From: Dictyostelium discoideum | Taxonomy: Eukaryota | Assembly: GCA_000004695.1 (NCBI GenBank) | Contig: CM000150.2 | Span: 3,776,001 to 3,840,000, forward strand | Length of the DNA: 64,000 bases | Reading direction: 5' to 3' | Shown: piece by piece, positions 52,713 through 64,000 of the stretch | Numbering within the stretch: the first letter of the stretch is position 1 | Layout of the letters: every line of letters starts with the position of its first letter | Translations under genes and position numbers: made by a program | The notes under the pieces: model-generated | The model's database searches: none | What the model saw: the letters and a program-made list of their open reading frames with translations, nothing else | What the model was told of the DNA's origin: nothing

Positions 52713-52950
52713 TTAAATATATATATCCAATCCTAACAATGAACCAAGGTTGAGAGAAAGGCCAAGCAATTGGACATTATTTAAACTTTGTTTACTTGAG
52801 GCATCACTAATATTGGTAAAATTAACAGATGCGGTTTTGGTTTGGGATTTACCAATAGAAGAAATTGATTCTAAATTAAAAATTTGGTATTAGTATCTTT
52901 TTTTTTTTTTTGTATTTCTCAAAAAAAAATTAATATTTACTGTATAACAT
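52713..52950 (-). CDS. small S/T/L-rich peptide gene, hssA/2C/7E-like (55 aa); exons 52941..52950 (ATGTTATACA) and 52713..52870
   Basis: Same structure as the 51661..51938 gene: ATG TTA TAC A|gtaaat, then tttag|AA TCA ATT TCT TCT ATT GGT.... The product is MLYKSISSIGKSQTKTASVNFTNISDASSKQSLNNVQLLGLSLNLGSLLGLDIYI*. The first exon, donor, acceptor phase and upstream 'ttactgtataacatttta' block are all conserved. Confidence 0.55.
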
Positions 52951-53650
52951 TTTAGCTTTTTTGAGTTTATAATTTTTTGTTTTTAATGTTTAAAAAAAAA
53001 TTTTAATTAAACAAATTTATACTTTTTTTTTTTTTTTTTTTATCCATAAAAAATAATTTTAAAAGTCCAAAAAAAAAAAAAAAAACAAATTAAATAATTA
53101 ATAGGAATTAATAATAATAATTTGGTGTTTCTAAATAAACAAATACCAAAAATCTATTACATTTTCGTTTTAATTAATTTAATAAAAAGGAAACAAAATA
53201 ATTTAAAATTGTTTTGTCCAAGAAAATTTTAATTTTATTTTAATTTTTGAAAGATTAATGTAGATAATAATTTCGAAAATAGGATTATTTCTTGGTATAG
53301 ACATACGAGTTGGATGTATTTTCTTGGACAAAACAAAAATCCTTTATAAATTATTACAAATCTTTTTTTTATCTTGCCAATAGTGCCAATGGATTCCAAT
53401 ATAAAGAAAAGTTTTTTTAAGTAATAAATTATAATTATATTATAATAGTTTATTTGTTAATTGAAGAATTTATATTTTTAATGAAGCCAATTTTGGTTGG
53501 TTTGAATTAAATAATTCAATCCATTTTAAAAACAATTAAAACATTTAATAAAGACTTTTTTTTTTTTTTTTTTTTTTAGTTTATAAATACGTTTACTTTT
53601 TTTTTTTAGTTTTTTTTATTATTATTTATTTTTTTATTTATTTATTTATT

Positions 53651-54649
53651 TTAGTAATTATTGAAATAACCCATTGAAACAACAAAAGTACTTTCAGCAG
53701 TTTGAGAGATAATTTTAGCATTTTGGATATCGAGTGAAACGAAATTTAAGACAGCGTTAAAGTTGACAGCTGCGTAGAGAGTAGTTTGATGAGCAGCATG
53801 TGAAACAACATTAACTTGTTGAGCTGCAGTGAAAATACCTAATGGTTTGACAGCACCAGTTTCTGGATCGATTAAAGCATAATCTTGACCAGAGTTACCG
53901 TTTGAATCGGTGATGATTACAGTACCAACTAAAACATCCAATGATGGTACATAAAGTAAATCGTATGGACCAGAGGTGACACCAGTTGGTAATACTAAAT
54001 TGACGGAACCAAGGTTTTCACCTGAACGAGTATCAAAAGTGGTGACAGTGACATCGTTGACAGTTGCAGTGACAACATAATAAGTATGATTCCAAGTTGA
54101 AAGACCAACACCTAAAAATGCACCTTCAACTGATCCATAAACATCATATGAACCTGAAGCTGGATCAATTTCACCAACTAACCATGTATTGTTACCTTCT
54201 GAAATTACACATTTTAATGAATTAACATCACTATCATATCTTAAACCATAAACTAATTCAGTTGTTGGTAATGGTACGAAATAATTAACTTTATTTTTTG
54301 CAACATTAATTGTAACTAAATAATTAATCTATAAAAAAAAAAAAAAAAAAAAAATTTTAAGTTAATATATATATATTTTTTAAAATAATAATAATAAATG
54401 AATAAATAAGTTTTAAAAACTTACACCATTATTTGAAAGTTGGAAAGTAAAGATTGAAGTTAAATCATTCATTGCGCTATTACCTGGAAGTGAATTTGTG
54501 AAATTTGGGAATAATAATGAGTAAGTGGCTTGACCAGCAGTGGTTGAGATTTGACCAAAGTTGGCTGTGTTACCAGTTTGCCAAACACCATATAAATTTG
54601 CACTTGCATATGAAATTAATGAGAGAATAACTAAAAATAATAACTTCAT
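53651..54649 (-). CDS. secreted protein of unknown function with YVTN-type beta-propeller-like repeats (300 aa); exons 54425..54649 and 53651..54328
   Basis: Exon 1 (ORF 54413..54649-) encodes the signal peptide MKLLFLVILSLISYASA...QLSNNG|gtaagt. The acceptor ttttatag|ATT AAT TAT TTA GTT ACA continues in phase to ORF 53651..53941(-). Repeated motifs resemble DYALIDPETGAVKPLG / YDLLYVPSLDVLVGTVIITD. Codon usage is strongly C/T-biased (GGT, GTC, ACT, TTC), suggesting high expression. Confidence 0.6.
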
Positions 54650-55692
54650 TTCTTTTTCTTTCTTTTTTATAATATCTACAATATATATAAATAAATAAAT
54701 GAATGAAAAAAAAAAAAAAAAAAATAAAAAAAAAACGGCCTCGGGTTTTGTTTATTTTTTTTTTTTTTTTTTTTTTTTTAAAATTAAAAAAAAAAGAAAA
54801 AAAATAAAAAAAATAAAATATTTTAAAAAATATCTAAAAAAAAAATCGTAAAAATCATCCAAATTTATACTGAATTGTTATTTTTATTTTATTTTTTTAT
54901 TTTTATTTTTATTTTATTTTTTTATTTTTATTTTTTAATAATTGATCAATTAATTCCCAATATTTAAAATTCTTAAGAATCATTTGAAACCAATTAATTA
55001 TTCCTTATTTCTTTTTAATTTTTTTTTTTTTTCATTTTTTTATTTTTTTTTTTTTTTTTTTTCTTTCATTTTTTGTTTTTCTCACTTTTTTTTTTTTTTC
55101 TTTCATTTTTTTTTTTTTTTTTTTTCAATGTAAACTCAAAAGCAACAGTTGTAAATCAATATGGTACATGTTTATAAAGGATTATTTTTAGAATGGTAAG
55201 TTACAAATGAATAATTAAATTAGTGGTAAAAATTTAGCAAATCATAAATTCTAAATATTAATATTACTTTAATTTATTATAAAGTGACCCACCAACTAAA
55301 CAATTTGTAGAGTATATAAGTAAACAAGAACATTTCGAAGTAATTGTTTTGGATGAAACACATTTATTCCTTCAAGGTGGTGATGAAAAAGTTATAAATT
55401 CAATACAAAGAAGAATTGATGATTTACAAAATCAAAATACATATTCAGTATTTGATAAAGATCAATAATTATAGAGAGAAAAAAAAAAAAAAAAAAAAAA
55501 AAAACATATAATATATAATTGTAAATAATAAATAAAATGAAACTATTTTTTTTAATGTAAATAATTTTTATTATTATTATTATTTTATATCTTTATTTCT
55601 ATTTATTTTTTATTTTTTTATTTTTTATTTTTTTATTTTTTTTTTTTTATTTTTATTTTTTTTTTTTTATTTATTTATTTTAAAATTAATTT

Positions 55693-56274
55693 TTAAATTG
55701 TATTAAAAACATAATCAAAAATTGGAGAAGTTACACCAAAATTTCTATTATCATCTTTGAAATGATGATTGAGATGATTAGTTTTAATTGTTTTGAAGAT
55801 GGTTGGTAACCAATCGATATCGGCATGATGGAAATAGTAATGGAAAGTATCGTAAAGCATGTAACCACAAGCAATACCGGAATAGAGAGCCCATGGTATA
55901 CCAGTGATTTGTAAAAAGTCTGGGAAATTTAAGAAAAGTTTATAAGCACCATATCCAATAAACACAGAGAAAACTGGTGGAAATGTTAAACGAGTATGAT
56001 CCATTGGAGTTAAATGATGAATACCGTGAATGAAAAAATGGAAAAAGTTACCCCAATATGATGATGTCTCCAAATGAAATACAAATCTATGTAAAATATA
56101 TTCAATTAATGACCACATAAATAAACCTATAAAAAATATAACTGTTGATACTAAAACTGATGATTTCTCTTGAATTATTGAATAAATATAACATGCTGTA
56201 ATAATTGGTATCCACTATAAAAAAAATAATAAAAAAGGGGGAATTAGATTAGTATTTATTTTATATATATGTTT

Positions 56275-56315
<41 letters not shown>

Positions 56316-56921
56316 ACATACTAAAATGAAAATATACCACCATGGCCAACGTGTGAATAATTCTAAGATTGAATTATCGAAAATGATGATTTTATTTAAA
56401 CCAGTTTGAGAATGAATCCATTTTAAGTAGTTTTTACCCTCTAATAATTTAAGTTGTGGTACCATTGCTTTATTTACATCTATACTATTTAAAATTTTCT
56501 CATCTATTGAATTATCTGATGTATATGAAATTTTATTACTATTGTTGTTATTATTGTTATTATTGTTTATGTCAGCACCATCTTTTTGTTTTTCTTGTTT
56601 TAATTTTTGTTGATTTTTAATATATTCTAAAACTGTTGGTTTGGTTGTTGGTTTACGGTAACCTGCTAATTGACCAATTGAATATTGTTTTAACATGTTA
56701 TAGGCTACTAATGAATGTTCATGTAATTGACCATCTATGAAAACATCTGAAATATCTTCACCTAAATGTTCAACTAAAATATCGGAACCACCTGGATGAT
56801 CATATATAAATGATGTTATATCATAAACTTGTCCATCAATTACTACCCATGCATTTGATTTTTCATTATGTTTTTTTACTTCACTTAATAATATACCATT
56901 ATTTTGTTCTGATTCAATCAT
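55693..56921 (-). CDS. fatty acid 2-hydroxylase (FA2H/Scs7-like): N-terminal cytochrome b5 domain + sterol-desaturase-type di-iron hydroxylase; exons 56322..56921 and 55693..56214 (373 aa)
   Basis: There is a cytochrome b5 HPGG heme motif (DHPGGSDIL) and His boxes HRFVFH, HGIHH, HHFKDDNRNFGVTSPIFD. The donor ...WPWWYIFIL|gtatgt is at 56321 and the acceptor ttttttttatag|TGG ATA CCA ATT ATT at 56214, in phase 0. This matches the Scs7/FA2H WWxxPxxWxP region. Confidence 0.8.
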
Positions 56922-57424
56922 TTTTTGATTTTGATTTTTTTGATTTTCTTTGTTTTTTGATACTCTCTTTTTTTTTTTTTTTTGATTTTTTTTTTTTTTT
57001 AAGGGAATATTTTTACAATATATAAATAAACAATAAATAAATGAATTACTATGGAAAAAAAGAAAAAAAATTGTGTTGTTTTTTTTTTTTTTTTTTTCTT
57101 TTTTTTTTTTGTTAATATTATTATTAAAAGTAGTGTGGGTGTTTGAAAATTAATAATATTTAGTTTTTAACCCAAAGAAAAAAAAAAAAATTTTAAAAAA
57201 TATATCTAGAGGAATATGGAGAGTGGTGTGTGTGTGTAGGATAACTATTTTTTTTTATTTTTTTTTTTTATTTTTTTTTTTTTATTATTCTGGTTTTGTA
57301 TTAATTTTTATTATTACTATTATTTTTTTTTTTATTAATTAAATATTAACCCTGGTATAGATGAGTGAATATTTTGACACTTGCTGCAAAAAAAATGAAA
57401 ATTATAAAAAAAAAAAAAAAATGG

Positions 57425-57455
<31 letters not shown>

Positions 57456-57765
57456 TTGCGAACGGAAAAAAAAATAAAAAAAATCAAAAAATTTCGAATA
57501 AAATGGCTACTGTTGTCGTAATTTATGAGAAAGAAAATTTTGCCCAATAATAGCCCAAATAATTAATTGTTGTAACCCAATTTGATTTAATTTTTTTTTT
57601 TATTTTTTTTTTTTTTCCCTCCTAATGTATTGGTATAGATGTAATATTACAAAAATAAAAAAAAAAAAATAAAAATAATAGTGAATAATGTAAGGTGTTA
57701 CAATTGTGTGAGCAGGTATTGGATATTAAATTAAATGATTTAAAAAAACTAAAATAAAAAAAAAA

Positions 57766-57805
<40 letters not shown>

Positions 57806-58718
57806 GGAAAGCGCAATTAAATTAAATTTATTAACTATAAACGAAAAAAAAAATTTTAAAAAAAAAAATAAAATAAAAATAAAAAATGAAAAATAAAAAA
57901 TAAAATAATTCGAAATATAACGTTTGTATGAAGTCATTCTATCTCTTATGTTTAAGCAATCAAAGAAATTTCATTCTTTAATTTTTTTTATTTTCTTTTA
58001 TTTTTTATTTTATTTTTTTTTTTTATATTTTTTGATTGGATTGCACAACAATTACGATGCAAATTAAATTGAATTTTTTAAAAAAAAAAAAAAAAAAAAA
58101 AAAGTACATTACTAAAATTCAAATAATGTTTAAGATGGACCAAAAAAACCATAAAAAAATCTTTTTCAAAAAAAAAAAAAAAAATGCAAAACCAATATAA
58201 ATTCCACAAATATATATATATAATTTTTAAAAAAAAAATTTAAAATTAATTAATTTTCAATTCAATTTTATTTATCATTTTCCAAAAATTTCAAAAAAGA
58301 TATTTTTTTTTTTTTTTTTTTGACCAGTTTGTGATTTAAATTAATACAAAAAATAAAATAAAATAACAATGTAAAGTAAAATATTAATAAAAAAAAAAAA
58401 AATTAATTTATAAAAATCATAAGTATTTGGATTGTAATTCAAAAAAAAAAAAAAAAAAATAAAAAATATCTTTTTAGAAATTTCATTTTGAAAAAACAAA
58501 CGACATGAAAAACTCTTTTTGGATACCAACATCGTATCACCAAAAAAAAAAATAAAAAAAAAAAAAAATAAAAAATAAAAAATAAATAAAACCCACACCC
58601 CTGTTTTTTTTTTTTTTTTTTTTATTTTATTTTAATTTTATTTTTCAAATTTTTTTTTTTATTATTTGTATTTGTATTTATTTATATATTTTGTATTTTA
58701 CTATTTTTTAAAAACATA

Positions 58719-58758
<40 letters not shown>

Positions 58759-58759
58759 A

Positions 58760-60838
58760 ATGGAAAGATTATCAATTATTTGTAATCATTTTGAAGATAA
58801 TGATTCATTAGAATCAAATGAAGTTGCAGCAAATTCTAATAATAATAATATTAATAATAATAATAATAATGGATTAGCAACATTAAATCAAAATTCATTA
58901 AATAATTTAATTCAAATTAATTCAAAGATTAACTTGGATTCAGAAAAGATTGAAAAAATTACAAAAATATTATTTGACCATCCAGATAAAGAATGGACAG
59001 CAGCACGTAATAGATTAATAGAGGTATTGAAAGATCCAATCTTTGAGTGTAAACCATATGCGTCATTCCATGAACAAAGAGAATTGGCACAAAAGAGAGT
59101 AGCACATTTAGCATCGATACCAGGTGGACCAATTTTAAAAGTTGGTGAAATCGTATCAAACTATAAGAAATTTTCAATGTTTCAATCTACATTGGTCTAT
59201 TGCGATATGTCAATGGCAGTGAAATCCTCAGTGCATTGGGGTTTATTCGGAGCATCGGTATGTTGTTTAGGTTCAGAGAAACACGAGAAATATTACGACG
59301 ATATCGATACTTGCAAAATGAGTGGCTGTTTTGCATTGACAGAGTTGGCTCATGGTTCAAATGTGAAAGGTGTTGAAACCATTGCAGAGTACGATAACAA
59401 GACACAAGAGTTTGTAATTCACACACCATCAGACACAGCACAAAAGATTTGGATTGGTAATGCTGCAACCTATGGTTGTTTTGCTACAGTGTTTGCAAAT
59501 TTAATTTCAAATGGCGAGAATTATGGTTTACATCCATTCCTTGTACAAATTAGAGACACCACAACATTGAAACCATTGGCAGGCATCACAACAGCTGATA
59601 ACGGACCAAAGATTGGGTTGAATGGTGTTGATAATGGTCGTTTATGGTTTAACAAGGTTAGAATCCCACGTGATAATCTTTTGAACAAGTTTGGTGATAT
59701 TGATGCCAATGGTGTTTATAGTACACCAATTAAGAATCCAAGCGTTCGTTTCAATTCAATGTTAGAGTCGTTGATTGGTGGTCGTATCACTGTTGCAAAT
59801 ATGGCAAATTCAGCAGCAAAGATGGGACTTTACATTGCTTTACATTATGCATTCTCACGTCGTCAATTTGGTCCATCCAATGGTAAAGAGGTGTTGTTAA
59901 TCGATTATATCACACATCAACGTCGTTTATTCCCACAATTGGCAGAGGTTTACATCAATCAAGTCGGTATAAATTATGTTATCAATAAATTCCAAAATAG
60001 AACTGAAAAGGATGCAAGAGATGTCTTCCTATTGGCATGTGGTTTCAAAGCAGCAACAACTTGGAATCGTTCAAAAACTTTACAACTCTGTCGTGAATGT
60101 TGTGGTGGTCAAGGTATGGCAGCAAGTAATAAAATTGGTATTCTTCGTGCTGATACCGATGTAGATTTAACCTACGAAGGTGATAACACAGTACTAATGC
60201 AAGCCGTTGCCAAAGCATTGCTTCAAGAGTTTAAATCCTATTTCACCGGTACAAAACGTATAACTGGTATGTTGAGTTACACCTATTCCAAGGGCCACAT
60301 TGGTATCTTTTTAAGAAATAAAAACTTTTTCACCAAACGTTTACACACAGAATCCCATCTATTGGATCCAGATGTATTGTTGGATGCTTTCATCTATCGT
60401 GAATTCAAACTCCTTCGTAACTTGATCAAAACTCTTAGAGCCAAAGTAAAGAATGAAAAAATGACAGGTCTTCAAGCTTGGAATAGTAGTTTGGATTTAG
60501 TACTTCAATTGGCAAATGCTTACATTGAAAGAGTTTCCATTGAGAAATTCTTGGAAGAAGTTCAAAAATCTCCAGAAGATATTAAACCAATCTTAACTTC
60601 ACTTTGTATCCTCTATGAATTAACAAAGATTGAAAATGATCTTGGTTGGTTCCTTTCAAATAAATACTTTGCACCAGTTAAAGGTCAAGCAATTGGTAAT
60701 ACAATCAATAAGGTTTGTGGTGCATTAAAAGATCATGCAATTCCATTAGTTAAAGCATTTGATATTCCATCTCAATTTTTAACTGCTCCAATTATTGGTG
60801 ATTGGGTTTCTCATTTTTCAAATCCAAATAATTGTTAA
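58760..60838 (+). CDS. peroxisomal-type acyl-CoA oxidase (ACOX family)
   Basis: A single 692-aa ORF with the acyl-CoA dehydrogenase/oxidase fold motifs (CFALTELAHGSNVKGVETIAEYD, HTPSDTAQKIWIGN, GRLWFNKVRIPRDNLLNKFG, CRECCGGQGMAASNKIGILRADTDVDLTYEGDNTVL). Confidence 0.85.
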   Translation: MERLSIICNHFEDNDSLESNEVAANSNNNNINNNNNNGLATLNQNSLNNLIQINSKINLDSEKIEKITKILFDHPDKEWTAARNRLIEVLKDPIFECKPYASFHEQRELAQKRVAHLASIPGGPILKVGEIVSNYKKFSMFQSTLVYCDMSMAVKSSVHWGLFGASVCCLGSEKHEKYYDDIDTCKMSGCFALTELAHGSNVKGVETIAEYDNKTQEFVIHTPSDTAQKIWIGNAATYGCFATVFANLISNGENYGLHPFLVQIRDTTTLKPLAGITTADNGPKIGLNGVDNGRLWFNKVRIPRDNLLNKFGDIDANGVYSTPIKNPSVRFNSMLESLIGGRITVANMANSAAKMGLYIALHYAFSRRQFGPSNGKEVLLIDYITHQRRLFPQLAEVYINQVGINYVINKFQNRTEKDARDVFLLACGFKAATTWNRSKTLQLCRECCGGQGMAASNKIGILRADTDVDLTYEGDNTVLMQAVAKALLQEFKSYFTGTKRITGMLSYTYSKGHIGIFLRNKNFFTKRLHTESHLLDPDVLLDAFIYREFKLLRNLIKTLRAKVKNEKMTGLQAWNSSLDLVLQLANAYIERVSIEKFLEEVQKSPEDIKPILTSLCILYELTKIENDLGWFLSNKYFAPVKGQAIGNTINKVCGALKDHAIPLVKAFDIPSQFLTAPIIGDWVSHFSNPNNC

Positions 60839-61508
60839 TTAGTAATTACTTAGGAGAGGAAAAAAAAAAAAATTTAAAACACAACAAATTCAAATATTGT
60901 AAAAATCTTTAAAAATTTAAATTTTTTGTTTTCCCAAATCGTCTATCATCCAAATGTTGTAAAAAAATAAAAATTAAATTAATGACTCATATATCTTTTT
61001 TTCTAAACAAAAATAATAAAAAATAATAAAAAAAATAAAAAAAGTTAATAATATCAATGTCTACGTCTTTAAATACACGATTAAACCTATCTGTTGTGTG
61101 AGTCATTAATTTTTAAAATTTTTTTTTCAAATTTTTTCTTTTTTTAAATATTTTTTTTTTTTTAATTTTTTTTTTTTTTTTTTTTTTAATTTTTTTAAGC
61201 GAACTTGATAAAAAAAAAAAAAAATTTCATTTATCATTTTTTTTTTTTTTTTTTATAAAGTAAAATATTTCTTTTTTTTTTTTTTTTTTTTAATCAAAAA
61301 AATACATATTTAAAATTTTTTTTAAAAAAAAACTATAATATTATATAAAAAAAAAAATATCATTCATTTTTTATTTTTTATTTTTTTTAATTAAAAAAAA
61401 ATAGTAATAAATAAAAAAAAAAAGTAAAAAAAAAAAAAAAAAAATTGTTGTATTTATAAAAAAAAAAAACAAAATATAATTTTAAAATAAAAAAAAAAAA
61501 AAGAGAAA

Positions 61509-64000
61509 ATGTCAAAATTAAAAGAAATATCAAGACAATCAACAACATCATGGAGTCCAATTGCACAATATCCAGATTATATGGCAGTTGGTACAGTAAC
61601 AGGTACAATTGGAGCAGATTTTGATACATCATCTAAATTAGAAATCTATTCATTAGATATTACCAATGAAAGCAAGCAAATGACATTAAAAGGGTCAACA
61701 TCATCAAGTACAAGATTCAATAAAGTAGTATGGGGACAAGCATCAAGTAATTTTCAAAATGGTATTATTGCTGGTGCAATGGATAATGGTACAATCAATC
61801 TTTGGGATCCAACAAAGATTTTAGCATCAGATGCCACTGATGGTGGTGGTAGTGATGATCAATCATCATTGATCGGTGTTGGTCAAAGACACTCTGGTCC
61901 AGTTCAATCCATCGATTTTAACGTTCAAAATCCAAATCTTTTAGCATCTGGTGGTTCAGATTCTGAAGTTTTCATTTGGGATTTATCCGATCCAACTCAA
62001 CCATCTGCTCTTAATCCAGGTAGTAAATCGCAACAATCTTCTGATATCACTTGTGTTGCATGGAATAAAAAAGTAGCACATGTAAGTATTTATAAATAAA
62101 TAAATAAAAAAATAAATAAATAATAAATAATAATAATATTTTATTAATTTTATTATTTATTAGATTTTGGGTTCAGCATCATATAATGGTTATATTGTAA
62201 TTTGGGATTTAAAATCAAAGAAAACATTAATGACAATTAATGATCGTAATAGAAAATGTAAATATAGATCAATTGTTTGGCATCCATCAGAGGCAACACA
62301 AATCGTTGCAGCATCAGAGGATGATGATCATCCAGTGATTCAAGCATGGGATTTACGTAATACTACATCACCAGTTAAATCAATGGAAGGTCATAAAAAA
62401 GGTGTTTGGGGTTTATCTTGGTGTCCATCTGATAATGCTTTATTATTATCAACTGGTAAAGATAATAAAACATTTTGTTGGAATTTTGATCGTCAAGAAA
62501 TACTTTGTGAAATTAATGATAATAATAGTAGAAATAATATTAATAACAATAGCAATAATAGTAATAGTGATAATAATAATGGTAATACAGATCCAAATGC
62601 ATGGAATTTCGAAGTTCAATGGTCACCACGTGTACCAGCTTTATTATCAACATCATCATATGTTGGTAAAGTTAATGTTTATTCATTACAAGATGTAAAT
62701 GAGAAATCAACTAGTGGTAGCAGTGCTGGTCAACTCAATGCATTGGGTATTCAAGAACAAACTAGCCAAATCACACCAACAATTAAACATACACCAAATT
62801 GGTTATTAAGACCATGTGGTGCTGCTTTTGGTTTCGGTGGTAAGATCGCAGTTTTTGGTAGAAATAAAAAAGTTACTGCCGCTGCCAATGGTGCAACTTC
62901 ACCATCATCATCTTCTTCACCAGCATCATCAGTTCAACAATCACAATTACAACAACAACAACGTGTAATTCATATCTCACATGTTACAACTGAAGTTGAT
63001 ATTGTTAAATCAAGTGAACAACTTGAAAATGTCATTCACACTGGTCAATATGAACAATATTGTCAAGAGAAAATCGATCAATCAACTTCCGATGAAGAGA
63101 AATCAATTTGGGGTTTCCTTAAAGTTAAATTCGCCAAAGATGATCGTTTAAAGATTTTAGATTATCTCGGTTATGATATTGAAACCATTAAAAAAGAATT
63201 AAAACAATTCCTTGGAACTTTACCAGAATTACCAATTGAAAGTGGTTTCAATGAATTACCAATTGAAAATGTCGATGATCAAAGTAAACCAGAACCAACA
63301 ACAACTACCACCAATGAAACTGTCCATCTTGAACCAGTTGTTGATGAAAATAATAATGTTGTAGATGCTGATAGTTTCTTTGATACTGCCGCTTCTGATG
63401 CAAATAAAGAACAACAAGACGATTCATCATCATCACCATCAACTAAATCACCAACAACTACAACAACACCTATTGAATTCCCAGGTGATGAAAAAGAACA
63501 AATGATTACAAAAGCATTATTAGTTGGTGATCATAATAGTGCAGTTGAATGTTGTCTTCGTTTAGGTAGATATTCAGATGCATTGATTTTAGCACATGCA
63601 GCAGGTCAAGAACTTTGGAAAAAGACTCAAGAGGCTTACTTTGAGATTGTACGTAGTCCATTTGGTAGAGTTGTATCATGTATTGTTAAACGTGATTTCC
63701 AACTTTTGGTAAAGAGTGCCGATCTAAAGGATTGGAAGGCTTCATTGGCTATCCTTTGTACTTATGCCCCTCCAACCGATTTCAAAATTTTATCAGGCAT
63801 TCTTGGTGATCGTTTAGATAAAGAAGCAAGTGATTTGAAATCCGCTATCCTTTGTTACATTTGCGCTGGTGATATCGATAAAACCGTCGATATTTGGAGT
63901 CGTGTCTCTCAACAACATCAACAACAACAACGTCAATCTTTAACTTCAAGTGGTAATAGTATCACTGTTTTAGAACAAGAGTCAAATAAAGATCTTCAAA
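61509..64000 (+). CDS. sec31: COPII coat protein SEC31 (3'-partial); exons 61509..62081 and 62164..>64000
   Basis: ORF 61509..62099 gives MSKLKEISRQSTTSWSPIAQYPDYMAVGTVTGTIGADFDTSSKLEIYSLD... (WD40 repeats) and ends CAT|gtaagt. The acceptor ttatttattag|ATT TTG GGT TCA GCA TCA TAT AAT GGT TAT ATT GTA ATT TGG GAT opens frame 1, which has no stop to the window end (...NWLLRPCGAAFGFGGKIAVF...). Confidence 0.8.

Noticed and set aside
59187-60164. ORFs 58959..59177(-), 59187..59468(-), 59521..59709(-) and 59976..60164(+)
   Set aside because: These are antisense or alternate frames within the acyl-CoA oxidase CDS.
62402-62698. ORF 62402..62698(+)
   Set aside because: It is out of frame within SEC31 exon 2. 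The real frame 1 is open across it and encodes conserved WD40/SEC31 sequence.

Overview
This window is very AT-rich eukaryotic nuclear DNA, about 22-25% GC. It has long poly-A/T intergenic tracts, (AAT)n, (CAA)n and (TTA)n triplet repeats that encode poly-N, poly-Q and similar runs, and short AT-rich introns with gtaagt/gtatgt donors. All of this is typical of Dictyostelium discoideum. I found 28 protein-coding genes (two of them partial at the window ends) and no rRNA, tRNA, CRISPR array or recognisable transposon.

Gene models were rebuilt by joining ORF-track segments across canonical GT..AG introns. Splice phase was checked by hand, and boundaries next to long homopolymers may be off by 1 nt.

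Main points:
- There are four paralogous SAM-domain / protein-kinase / conserved C-terminal-domain genes: three in tandem on the + strand and one on the - strand. One is a predicted pseudokinase and one carries an apparent frameshift.
- There are three tandem tetraspanin paralogs with different intron positions, including a predicted 8-nt micro-exon.
- Housekeeping and metabolic genes: fibrillarin, a family-III CoA-transferase, a bacterial-type lipocalin, an ASC-1/TRIP4-like zinc-finger protein with an unusual C-terminal domain, a HAD hydrolase, NAD(P)H-hydrate epimerase, a secreted BBE-like FAD oxidase, a SEC14-like protein, ORC2, a BK/Slo-like K+ channel, a TBC1D14-like RabGAP, an IPT/ankyrin putative transcription factor, a GT14 glycosyltransferase, a divergent actin, FA2H, acyl-CoA oxidase and SEC31.
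- The RabGAP gene has a local GC-rich codon island and lacks both catalytic-finger residues.
- Two tiny two-exon genes encode 55-58 aa hssA/2C/7E-like peptides, and there is one secreted beta-propeller-like protein.
- Several palindromes, inverted repeats and tandem non-coding duplications sit in the intergenic DNA.
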